This document shows, piece by piece, positions 47,088 through 56,355 of a stretch of 64,000 nt of DNA. The position numbers and the translations under genes were made by a program. Within the stretch, counting starts at the first letter, position 1, and each line of letters begins with the position of its first letter. Location: NCBI GenBank assembly GCA_965263045.1, contig CBDHGK010000041.1, positions 4,346,408 through 4,410,407 on the forward strand, written 5' to 3'. The notes beneath the pieces are model-generated. The model did not search any database and was not told the origin of the DNA. It saw nothing but the letters and a program-made list of their open reading frames with translations. Source of the stretch: Terriglobia bacterium (GTDB taxonomy: Bacteria; Acidobacteriota; Terriglobia; 20CM-2-55-15).

Positions 47088-47534
47088 ATGAACGTTAAGA
47101 ACATTCAGAACGGAGCATACGCCGGTGTGGTCGGTGGCGTGGTTTTCGGAGCAATGATGGGAATGATGGGCATGCTGCCTATGATCGGGCAGATGGTGGG
47201 TTCCCCCTCCGCTACCGCCGGTTTCATCGTGCATATCTTTATCAGCGCATCTATCGGAGGCTCGTTTGCGGTACTTTTCCACCCCGTCTTGAAGGGCACC
47301 GTAAGCGGGCTCGGATACGGGGCGGCCTACGGCGCGGCCTGGTGGTTTCTCGGTCCGCTGACACTGATGCCACTGATGATGGGCATGGGACTGGGCGCTA
47401 ATTGGAATGCCAGTGCAGCGGGACAGATGCTTCCCAGCCTCGTAGGCCATCTGATCTACGGACTCATCCTTGGCTTCACCTACGCCCGGTTGCAAAGCCA
47501 TCCGATATCGTCCTCGTGCACAACATGCGCCTGA
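47088..47534 (+). CDS. Small integral membrane protein (GxxxG-rich, 4 predicted TM)
   Basis: 148 aa, strongly hydrophobic with Gly/Met-rich helices. Divergent from the ECF sigma gene. Confidence 0.45.
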   Translation: MNVKNIQNGAYAGVVGGVVFGAMMGMMGMLPMIGQMVGSPSATAGFIVHIFISASIGGSFAVLFHPVLKGTVSGLGYGAAYGAAWWFLGPLTLMPLMMGMGLGANWNASAAGQMLPSLVGHLIYGLILGFTYARLQSHPISSSCTTCA

Positions 47535-47842
47535 CGATTTGGTGAGCTGGTTGCCGGCGGAGCTGTGGCGCGCTATCGCCGAAATCGGTTGTCAGGGCCT
47601 TGAATGTCGTGGAAGTAGTGAAGTGGGGGTGCCGTGCCTTCGGTCGAAGAGTTAGAGCGTAATCAATGGTCAGGTCCTATTGCGCGACGGCCTGCAGACA
47701 GAGTCTTTGACTCGGAGGTGGTCTGTTTTTTGGGTGCACGTAAAACAGCGTAAAACTCTGAACATCGTGTTGCGTCTAATAATGCGAGGCCGATTGCTCC
47801 CGGATCCGAAATTCGAAAGTAGTCCCCACATGAGGAGGTGCC

Positions 47843-48937
47843 ATGCATATTGGTATTCCAAAGGAAATAAAGGCGAAAGAGGGTCGTGTGGCATTGATCC
47901 CGCCCGCCGCCGCCGAGCTGGTTCGGCATGGCCACGAAGTCTCTTTGCAGTCCGGTGCAGGTCTCGGTAGCGGGTATTCGGATCAGGATTATCGTAGGGT
48001 CGGCGTCCATATTATTAAGGACGCCGCTGGCCTCTATGGCGGCGCCGAGATGATACTCAAAGTGAAAGAACCCATCGAGCCGGAGTACGACCTGTTGCGT
48101 GACGACCACCTGTTGTTCGGTTTCCTGCATCTGGCGGCCATTCCGGAACTGGCTCAGGTGCTGCGGAAGAAAGGCCTAACCGCGGTTGCTTTTGAAACTG
48201 TCGCAGTGAACGGAAAACTTCCCGTATTAGCTCCGATGAGCGAAATCGCCGGCCGGTTGGCTGTCCATACAGGAACCACGCTCTTGCATGGGTACGATGG
48301 AGGCCGCGGTCTGATGCTCGGCGGCCTAGGGTCGGCCGAGCGCGGCCATGTGGTCGTTCTGGGTGCCGGCAAAGTCGGCGGGGGCGCGGCCATCGTGGCC
48401 GCCCAGCTTGGAGCGCGCGTGACAGTGTTCGACCGCAGCCGCGAAAGCCTGACGCGGATGCACGCGCTCGGACCCAACGTCACGGGGCTGCCCGCATATC
48501 CGTCCTTGATCGCTGAGGCCGTCTACGACGCGGATTTACTGGTCGGCGCCGTGCTGATCCCGGGCGCACGAGCACCCAGGACGGTTACTGCCGACATGGT
48601 CGCCGGAATAAAGCCAGGCAGCGTGATCGTTGATGTATCAGTGGATCAGGGCGGCTGCGTCGAGACGATCCGTCCGACGAACTATGAGAATCCCACCTAT
48701 GTCCACGACGATGTAATCCACTTTGGGGTCACCAACATGCCGGGTGCGGTGCCGCGAACAAGCTCGCAGGCTCTTTCCAGCGCCTTGCTCCCTTATGCCA
48801 TTCGCCTGGCTTCAGAGCAGGGTTTGTCGGATCCTGTGATCCGCGACGCGGTCAATGTCGCGAATGGACAGATTGTTCATCCTGCTGTCGCGGCCGCGTT
48901 GGAAGATCAGGAAATACAAGAGCTCGTCCCGCTGTAA
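47843..48937 (+). CDS. ald: Alanine dehydrogenase
   Basis: [23 protein letters not shown]-binding [14 protein letters not shown]. Overall colinearity with AlaDH. Confidence 0.85.
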   Translation: MHIGIPKEIKAKEGRVALIPPAAAELVRHGHEVSLQSGAGLGSGYSDQDYRRVGVHIIKDAAGLYGGAEMILKVKEPIEPEYDLLRDDHLLFGFLHLAAIPELAQVLRKKGLTAVAFETVAVNGKLPVLAPMSEIAGRLAVHTGTTLLHGYDGGRGLMLGGLGSAERGHVVVLGAGKVGGGAAIVAAQLGARVTVFDRSRESLTRMHALGPNVTGLPAYPSLIAEAVYDADLLVGAVLIPGARAPRTVTADMVAGIKPGSVIVDVSVDQGGCVETIRPTNYENPTYVHDDVIHFGVTNMPGAVPRTSSQALSSALLPYAIRLASEQGLSDPVIRDAVNVANGQIVHPAVAAALEDQEIQELVPL

Positions 48938-49135
48938 ACGATGCAATAAGTACCTCCTTGCATGAAACCTGTGGGGCACTTCCTGAAGCACAAACCAGAA
49001 ATCTTCACAATCCAACCTCCGGCTCGAATAGGTTCGATCCCAAGACTCAGTTGGCTTTGCCCATGCAACTTACTTTCGGTCGGCCACTATCTTTCCACGC
49101 GGGCGGATTCTGGGGATCCGACACCTTAATGAAGA

Positions 49136-49420
49136 TTACCGTTGTCCCCAGGTAAAAGTCATACCACCGATTGCTTCCACCCACTTGTTGTTCGGACGCG
49201 ACAAATTCGGCGCTGTCCGTCCGCGCAGGACGAATCCAAAACCGACAGTACCCCATAGACGCTTCGCCTGGATCCCTCCGCCGTACTTGAAGTTGAACAA
49301 TGTATCGCCAGTCTCGGGATTGAATATTCGGTCGTATGGAGCCAATGTCCCGGGTGCCAGCCGCCTTTTCAGTCTAGTGTCCTCGAATTCGATACGCTTG
49401 GCTCGCTCGTGGTGTTCGAT
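49136..49420 (-). pseudogene. C-terminal part of a small secreted protein gene split by IS630 copy A
   Basis: …YGGGIQAKRLWGTVGFGFVLRGRTAPNLSRPNNKWVEAIGGMTFTWGQR*. In frame with 50579..50755 once the IS and one 2-bp (or TA-bounded) duplication are removed. Confidence 0.5.
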
Positions 49421-49422
49421 CA

Positions 49423-50578
49423 CTAGTGGTCCCCGTCAAACAGACTGTAACTTATCGAGCTTCTTTCGGGCACGTTGAACTTTTTCAAGAATATCGGAAG
49501 CCGTTGCGGTCCAAATGAAGGGCTTCGGGTTCTGATTGTGACCCCCGACATATTCCTCCACGGCCTGGATTAGCTCAGGAACCGAATGGAAAACCCCGCG
49601 CCGAAGCCGTTGTTCGGAAAGATCCCGGAAGAAGCGTTCGACCATGTTCAGCCAGGATGCACTGGTCGGTGTGAAGTGCACATGAAAGCGCGTGTTGCGC
49701 TTCAACCAGTTGACGACTTTCTGATGTTTGTGCGTGGCGTAGTTGTCGCAAATGATATGGATCTGTTTGTCTTTCGGCACGGAACGTTTGATCTGATTGA
49801 GAAACCGGATCCATTCCTGATGACGATGCTTCGGCATACAGGTCCCGATAATCGAGCCGTCCAGCGTATTGAGCGCGGCGAACATCGTGGTCGTCCCGTT
49901 GCGTTTGTAGTCGTGGGTGAGGGTGCCGCACCGCCCCTTCTTCAGAGGTACCCGGGTTGCGTGCGGTCCAGGGCCTGCATCTGGCTCTTCTCATCGCAGG
50001 ACAAAACAATGGCGTTTTCCGGAGGGTTCAGATACAAACCGACCACATCCTCCAACTTCTCGACAAATTGTTTGTCGTTGGAAAGTTTGAAGGTGCGTGC
50101 CAGATGAGGCTTCAAGCCATGAGCCCGCCAGATTCTCCCTACCGTGGACTCGCTGACGCCGGTTGCCCTGGCCATCAAGGACCGGCTCCAGTGCGTGGCG
50201 TTCGGAGGCTTCCCTTCGACCGTCTTCTTCACGATCCGGGCCCGCTTCCGGCGGCCGATCGAGGGAATCCGTCCACTGCGGGAAGCGTCCTTTTCGATTC
50301 CCCCGAGGCCATCTTCAACGAAACGATCGCGCCAACGTCCGGCCTTTTGACGAGTGATGTCCAACTTGGCAGCGATCTCCTGATTGTCCAGACCCCCGGC
50401 GGCCAGCAAGACAATTCGAGATCGTTCCGCCAACCGGACCGCCACACTGCGGCTTCGGCTCAGTCGCTCCAGTTCCTTCCGCACAGGAATGTCCAATTTA
50501 ATCGTCGGTGCTCTCCTCATATATACTCAGACGTAGGAAAGCTGAATAAGTTACATTAACTGTGACGGACTACACTAG
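49423..50578 (-). mobile_element. IS630-family element, copy A (transposase frameshifted)
   Basis: Ends CTAGTGGTCCCCGTCAAACAGACTGTAACTTAT... and ...CTGTGACGGACTACACTAG. 1156 bp versus 1157 bp for intact copy B. Confidence 0.8.
49436..50520 (-). pseudogene. IS630-family transposase with frameshift (two ORF pieces 49436..49885 and 49942..50520)
   Basis: Near-identical to the intact 361-aa ORF 57865..58950 but split between frames around 49885-49942. Confidence 0.8.
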
Positions 50579-50755
50579 CAGCTGGCCGTGAACGCCGTAA
50601 GTATCCGTATCCTTGAAAGCGGCGCTATCGGTAAACTGGGTTGGCAATAGATCCCCGTTTCCAGAGTTGATTTCAACCTCTTGAGCGAAAAGTGAATTGG
50701 GCTGGGCCAACAGCAAAACGAACAACCCTACACCTGCGAGAACGCCTCTTCTCAT
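50579..50755 (-). pseudogene. N-terminal part (signal peptide) of the secreted-protein gene split by IS630 copy A
   Basis: MRRGVLAGVGLFVLLLAQPNSLFAQEVEINSGNGDLLPTQF...VHGQL, then runs into the IS terminus. Confidence 0.5.
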
Positions 50756-51277
50756 TGGGTCATCTCCTTTGATTACGGTACCCGGTCAGAGAAGTAGTCT
50801 CCGGCCCTACTGGTGAGTGCAATCAGGTACGGAATTCTTACATCCGCAAGGAGTGAGGGTAGGAGTCAGTTACCTTTGGATGGCAAAACGACGGAATCTT
50901 TCTGCCGAAATCAGAAGCAAAGTTGGCGCCGGCAGCATTGGGTGGTGACGGGACGATGGTGGGTTGAGTCGCTCGCTACAGCCCTCTGTTTGGAATACGG
51001 TCCGGTCTGGCCGTCCCTCTAAAAAAACACCCCCGTCCAGCCGAGCCCCATCGTCGCTTTGAAACCTCCCCCGAATCAGGACCGTTCAATCGACTCTCAG
51101 GTACGACCCGCTTGATCGCCACAAGACCCCAAGAATTCGTGGGAGTGTAAGAATTCCGGGATTGCCCGCACTCACTAATGACATTTGGAATCTCAGGATC
51201 GGTTCTGGAGTTGGCGAACAACCACAGAACCTCCTGAATTCCCGTAGATAACTAACCGAATAAGAGGAGAGTTTACA

Positions 51278-51799
51278 ATGACACGATTGATTACAGTTCT
51301 TGGAAGCCTGAGCCTGGTGTTCTTTCTGGCCACCGGCTCTCTCTACGGAGACGTCCCGTCTTCGTTCTTTGCATCCGCCGAGGGACTGAGGGTTAACGTT
51401 CCGTTCGAATTCTATGTCGGACATCAAACGTTTCCGGCAGGGGAATACCGGTTGGTACCCGCTCTCGATGGGACCGGCTTGTACCGAATCTACAGTAGAA
51501 AGGGAAATCACTCTGCGTACCTTGCGACGACCTTCGCTCAGGCCGTCAACGACTCGGAATCAGGTGCCGTTTTCAAGAAGATCGGTCGGCATAACGTCTT
51601 GTCTCAGTTCCCAGTGGTTGGTGGTGTGAGGATCGTGTCCGCTGCCAACGCTGACGAGTTTGTACAGACGGTTGAGAGCATTGCTTTTGAAAGAATGGAA
51701 GCCTCCATGCAGCATATTTCCATGCAGCATGTGAGGTTTGTCCTCGAAAGAATCGCGGCGGAGCGGGCTGAAACCGCAGCCGCGGCCGACAGGCGGTAA
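51278..51799 (+). CDS. Secreted hypothetical protein
   Basis: Signal peptide MTRLITVLGSLSLVFFLATGSLYG. GAGGAG RBS. Confidence 0.55.
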   Translation: MTRLITVLGSLSLVFFLATGSLYGDVPSSFFASAEGLRVNVPFEFYVGHQTFPAGEYRLVPALDGTGLYRIYSRKGNHSAYLATTFAQAVNDSESGAVFKKIGRHNVLSQFPVVGGVRIVSAANADEFVQTVESIAFERMEASMQHISMQHVRFVLERIAAERAETAAAADRR

Positions 51800-52047
51800 G
51801 AGCAAGGGAGAGCCTACGGCGCGATCGCTCGCGAATCCGGTCCTGTTCCGGATTCCAGCCCGGGAGCAGTCGCATATCGTGGTTCAGGGAGACATACGGC
51901 TTTAGAGAACGTTGAAGATGCACCCGCACTTGTCGAGAGTATTAACAACCACGTCAGGCACGAAGGCGGCGTTCTGACAACCCGAGTTTATTGTCAACTT
52001 AACGTCCAAAACCGGTCGAAAACTAATCGAACAAGAGGAGAGTTTAC

Positions 52048-52590
52048 ATGACACGATTGATTTCGGCTTCAGGTAGTTTGATCTTGGCCGCGTCCCGATC
52101 GTTTCTGTGGCAAGGCAGGCGTGCAAGGGTACCGGTAGGCCGATCCAGAGGCAGCACAAACCTACTGCGAATCGCCGGAGTACCGGCCATTTCCGTCGCG
52201 TCGTCCGCCACAGTGAGCGAAGCCTTCGAGAGGATGGCGACGGAGGGTGTAGGAGCCGTTTTGGTTATCGATGGCGATGAGCTCAAGGGGATCTTCACCG
52301 AGCGCGACGTGATGTTGCGCGTCGCGCTACCGAAGAGGGACCCTGAGACGACCTCCATGCGCGACGTCATGACCTCATACGTGACGGTCGTAAGAAACAG
52401 CACAACCCGGGCTGACGCGCTCAAGATCATGGTGGAACGCCACATCCGGCATTTGCCGGTCGTGGGCGCATCCGGCAAGATCGATGGAGTATTGTCGATC
52501 TGCCACCTCCTTTCAGACCAGCTAGACGACCTCGAAAGAGAACTGGACTCTCTGACGGCCTATATTTCCGCGGATGGCATCGGTGGCTGA
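52048..52590 (+). CDS. CBS-domain pair protein (true start uncertain, possibly TTG near 52160)
   Basis: Two CBS motifs (VSEAFERMATEGVGAVLVIDGDELKGIFTERDV; ADALKIMVERHIRHLPVVGASGKIDGVLSI). The first 5 codons and RBS duplicate those of 51278. Confidence 0.6.
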   Translation: MTRLISASGSLILAASRSFLWQGRRARVPVGRSRGSTNLLRIAGVPAISVASSATVSEAFERMATEGVGAVLVIDGDELKGIFTERDVMLRVALPKRDPETTSMRDVMTSYVTVVRNSTTRADALKIMVERHIRHLPVVGASGKIDGVLSICHLLSDQLDDLERELDSLTAYISADGIGG

Positions 52591-52605
52591 GGAATCGGAA
52601 GATCA

Positions 52606-52953
52606 ATGCCGTCGATCCCCATGACCACGAAGGAAGGTGTGTATCTGTGCTCTAACTGCGGACTGGAAGCCATAGTAGAAGCACACGAATATGAATTCAA
52701 GGAGAGCGGATTTAACGTCATCCTGCTCGGTCTTAGGGTCGCGTACTGTCCGGAGTGTGGGAATCAGGATCCGATCATCCCGCAAATGGACGATCTTATG
52801 AAAACACTCGGGCTGGATGTGGCGGCTAAGCCGACCCGGCTCAACGGCCCAGAGATACAGGTTCCTTCTAAAGGAGTTGACAAAATGATCGCACAGCAAA
52901 TGTTCTTGCTCGTCCTGGTATATGTGATGGCTAGTGTAGTCCGTCACAATTAA
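52606..52953 (+). CDS. YgiT/MqsA-type zinc-ribbon protein; 3' end now provided by the IS630-derived MITE
   Basis: YLCSNCG...YCPECG paired CxxC. The C-terminal hydrophobic tail ...VMASVVRHN* is encoded by the MITE terminus. Confidence 0.5.
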   Translation: MPSIPMTTKEGVYLCSNCGLEAIVEAHEYEFKESGFNVILLGLRVAYCPECGNQDPIIPQMDDLMKTLGLDVAAKPTRLNGPEIQVPSKGVDKMIAQQMFLLVLVYVMASVVRHN

Positions 52954-53125
52954 CGTAACGGCTCTAGCTGTCCCATTTCTGATCATATATGCGGAAAATA
53001 ATGCCCATTAGATCGGAAATCCCTGTGCGGAAGGAACTCGAACGGCTTGGCCGAAGCCGCAGTGTGTCGGTCTGGCTCGGGGAACGATCTGAATAAGGTA
53101 CAGTCTGTTAGACGGGGACCACTAG
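52931..53125 (+). mobile_element. IS630-derived MITE (internally deleted, 195 bp)
   Basis: The left ~110 bp (CTAGTGTAGTCCGTCACAATTAACGTAAC...CCTGTGCGGAAGGAACTCGAACGGCTTGGCCGAAGCCGCAGTGTG...) and right end (CAGTCTGTTAGACGGGGACCACTAG) match both ends of IS630 copy B, with the transposase gene deleted. Confidence 0.8.
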
Positions 53126-53187
53126 TTGCGTCTCGTTGACAAAGCACAACCCAAAATCGAACATCTGGGCTTGAGAGGTAGGCCACG

Positions 53188-54596
53188 GAAGATTATTGGA
53201 GTTATAACCGAATCTGGTGTTTGAGGGATTGAAGAAAAGCGGCGTATCTGGTTGATTTGTTGTTTACGAGACTTCAAAGCAACCAAAGGAGATACGCCAC
53301 TATGAGTAAGAGTATCGTTATTGAACGGGAAGATCGAGAAGCGATCGCAGACGCGGTGACCGATTTGCTACGAGCCGGAGCTCAAGAGCTGATCCAACGC
53401 GCAGTCGAAGCCGAATTGTCAGAACTGCTATCCCAGCACAACGATCGGCGCACCGAGAAGGGGAACGCCGGGGTGGTGCGCAATGGCTATCTGCCTGAAC
53501 GCGAACTGCAGACCGGTTTGGGACCGGTAACGGTGCAAATCCCGAAGGTCCGTGCCAAGACCGGCGAAGCGGTGACGTTCCGATCGGCGCTGGTACCTCC
53601 GTACATTCGAAAGACGAAGTCGCTGGAAGCCGCGGTGCCGTGGTTGTATTTGAAAGGCGTCTCGAGCGGCGAAATGGGTGAAGCCCTAAAAGTTCTTGTC
53701 GGTCCCCAGGCGCAAGGTCTGTCGGCGAGCACGGTATCGCGCCTGAAGCAGGTCTGGGGCGAGGAGTACCGCCAAAGCTGCGAGGAGCGGCTGGATGCAA
53801 ACCGCTGGGTGTATGTCTGGGCCGACGGCATTTACAGCGGACTTCGTGCGGAACAAACCAAGTTGTGTGCATTGGTCGTGATCGGCGTGAATGAACGCGG
53901 AGAGAAGCGTTTTCTGGCGATCGAAGACGGTGTCCGGGAATCGACACAGAGTTGGCGCGAGGTCTTGTTGAAGCTGAAGTCCCGTGGGATGAATATCCCG
54001 GAGTTGGCCATCGGTGACGGTGCGATGGGGTTCTGGGCCGCACTGGAGGAAATCTATCCCGGGACACGCCAACAACGCTGCTGGATGCACAAGACCATGA
54101 ACGTGTTGAACTGCCTACCCAAGTCGGCTCAGGCGAAAGCGAAAGAGGCCTTGCACGCGATCTGGAAGGCCGAGACAAAGGCAGACGCCGAGAAGGCATT
54201 CGACCTGTTCATTGAAACCTATGAACCGAAATATCCGAAAGCCACTCTCTGCCTCCAGAAAGACAGCGAAGCACTGCTGGCCTTTTACGACTTCCCGGCC
54301 AAGCACTGGCAGAGCCTCAGAACGACCAATCCCATTGAGTCGACCTTCGCGACCATCCGCCACCGGACCAAGCGATCCAGGGGGTGCCTGACGCGCGACG
54401 GCATGCTGCACATGATGTTCAAACTGGGACAGTGCGCTCAGAAGAACTGGCGACGATTACGAGGATTCGATGATCTGGCCAAGGTGATTACTGGAGTGAA
54501 ATTCAACGATGGTATCGAGGTGACAAACGTCGATCAGGCCGCCGCTTGATTCAGTCGCCTAAACACCACTTTTGACAATAACTCAGATTATTGCTC
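53188..54596 (+). mobile_element. IS256-family element #2 (approximate ends)
   Basis: Imperfect IRs GATTATTGGAGTTATAACCGAATCTGGTGTTTGAGG versus the reverse complement of CCTAAACACCACTTTTGACAATAACTCAGATTATTGCTCC. Confidence 0.6.
53302..54549 (+). CDS. IS256-family (mutator-type) transposase
   Basis: CWMHKTMNV motif and DDE region. Different sequence from 15207..16499. Confidence 0.8.
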   Translation: MSKSIVIEREDREAIADAVTDLLRAGAQELIQRAVEAELSELLSQHNDRRTEKGNAGVVRNGYLPERELQTGLGPVTVQIPKVRAKTGEAVTFRSALVPPYIRKTKSLEAAVPWLYLKGVSSGEMGEALKVLVGPQAQGLSASTVSRLKQVWGEEYRQSCEERLDANRWVYVWADGIYSGLRAEQTKLCALVVIGVNERGEKRFLAIEDGVRESTQSWREVLLKLKSRGMNIPELAIGDGAMGFWAALEEIYPGTRQQRCWMHKTMNVLNCLPKSAQAKAKEALHAIWKAETKADAEKAFDLFIETYEPKYPKATLCLQKDSEALLAFYDFPAKHWQSLRTTNPIESTFATIRHRTKRSRGCLTRDGMLHMMFKLGQCAQKNWRRLRGFDDLAKVITGVKFNDGIEVTNVDQAAA

Positions 54597-55065
54597 CTGC
54601 GGATCCCAACATGCTGATCAACCTTCGCTGTACGGAGGATTCATCGTCTGCCCAGACTGCGAAAGGCCCATCTGCTGTGACGCCGCTGGGTTCGGTCTGA
54701 CCAAGGAGCCGCAGGACCCACCGGAAATTGGGAACGGCGCATACTTCGTCTGCGTGGGACACTGGAACGTTCTTGCGCACCCTGTGCAACATTCGGCTTG
54801 ATTCCATCTCAAATGGGCGGAGGTCATTTTGAGCCACCTTTTGCCGCGATCATCGAAGACTCCTGATTTCTCTATACCGAATGCTTATTAGCCCTCCGGA
54901 TTTCTCTTTCAGTGTGTTAAATCGAAAGCCAGTCTTTAACCCTCCTTGGTGCAGCCGCCAGGGTTCCCTTCCCGGACCATTCAATGGCTTGCGAAAGAAG
55001 CGTTCGGCCACGGCGGCGTGCCTCCTTCATCTGGTAGGCCGCCGCTAATTGAGTGTGTTTCTAAC

Positions 55066-55497
55066 TTAAGCCAGTGGTTCCATCTGTCCGCGAATGTGGA
55101 TGGTCTTGCCGAGACTGACGAAAATGCTCATCTGCATGGTCTCATATCCTTCAAGTCTAAGCTCGACATCGTGCTGTCCTTGAGAAAGATAAAGCCTTTG
55201 AAAGACCCCGTCGAAGTCATTGACGACACCGGCTTGCCCCTCGTCCACATAAACTCGAATTTCCTCACGCGAATCCTTCGGGTTTACCTCGATCCGTACG
55301 GCTCCGTCATTGGAATACCCATAAGCATAAGGCCCGTAACCACTATAACCATACGGCCCGTAGCCATACCCGTAACCACCATAACCATAGCCATGCCCGT
55401 AACCATACTGCGCAGGGGCCTCGGTCGGGAGTGCTAAGGATATCCCAGCGGTCATTACTGTAACTAAGACCAGAGTTCCTATTTTGTTTTTCATCAC
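55066..55497 (-). CDS. Secreted YG-repeat protein with PEGA-like C-terminal domain
   Basis: Signal peptide. Low-complexity QYGYGHGYGYGGYGYGYGPYGYSGYGPYAYGYS. C-terminal ...IEVNPKDSREEIRVYVDEGQAGVV... Confidence 0.55.
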   Translation of the reverse strand: MMKNKIGTLVLVTVMTAGISLALPTEAPAQYGYGHGYGYGGYGYGYGPYGYSGYGPYAYGYSNDGAVRIEVNPKDSREEIRVYVDEGQAGVVNDFDGVFQRLYLSQGQHDVELRLEGYETMQMSIFVSLGKTIHIRGQMEPLA

Positions 55498-55959
55498 TGA
55501 GTTCTCCTCTTGAGGAATGCGCCCTATTGCGCCCTCGTTTAGTAAGTGCGGCTGAGGCGTGAATTATTACGCTCGTGTTGTTGAGCTTGTTCTTGGATGT
55601 AGCCCTGTGAGAACAACCTTTACAGATTTCACAGCCAAGGCAGGCCGAAAAATCGGATGCGTCAGCATCCAACGTAATCTTGCCGCAATCGAATGGCATC
55701 TTCGCTTTCTGCAGGAAAAATGCGTGAAATTTGAATGTCGCCCGGATACACTCTGTTGTCATCAAGACTGCCCCGGTTTCGCTGGCTGAAACGCTCTTCG
55801 CAAGATGTTTTACGCCGATCAGGGCAGCCTTTCCTTGTCCTTTTGGTGATCTGTACGGATTCGGCCTATCGTGTCTGCGGCAGGCCCCGACGCTAGGTGG
55901 AATATGGGAACGAGCCGGGGACGGATACGCGGCGACGGTGGCCTCGAGGACTGGGCTCG

Positions 55960-56355
55960 ATGAAACACGCCAGCTTCCTTGTTCTTGCCGCACTCCTGGT
56001 ATTAATCGCGACTGATCGGATTCGAAATACCGAAACGGTCCTCGTGGAGGTGACCGCTGAAGCCTCCGCACCCGCGGTTCCTCCTCTAGTAGAATTTGCC
56101 CCACCCCGCTTCGAACATTCAGCTTATGACTATGTCCGGACTCGCCTGGAGCGGGATCTAATGGCAATCGAGGCGTTCCGGCCGTCTTATCCATTCTGGC
56201 AGCATGTCTTCACGATCCCAGACGGCAATGTCGCATTCGGAAGCGCAACGGACGGAAGGTTGCTGGTGTCGTTTCCCACCCGGGGTAACTGGGTTCGGGA
56301 CGGCCGTTGGGAAGAACCTGCGCTAGCAGCCCGTGGCAGAAGTGGGGTTTTCTGA
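55960..56355 (+). CDS. Secreted/membrane-anchored hypothetical protein
   Basis: MKHASFLVLAALLVLIATD N-terminal hydrophobic segment. Confidence 0.35.
   Translation: MKHASFLVLAALLVLIATDRIRNTETVLVEVTAEASAPAVPPLVEFAPPRFEHSAYDYVRTRLERDLMAIEAFRPSYPFWQHVFTIPDGNVAFGSATDGRLLVSFPTRGNWVRDGRWEEPALAARGRSGVF

Noticed and set aside
55343-56194. 283-aa ORF on the − strand ending WLRAWLWLWWLRVWL
   Set aside because: It is the reverse-strand reading of the YG-repeat gene and overlaps two better-supported genes, so it is spurious.
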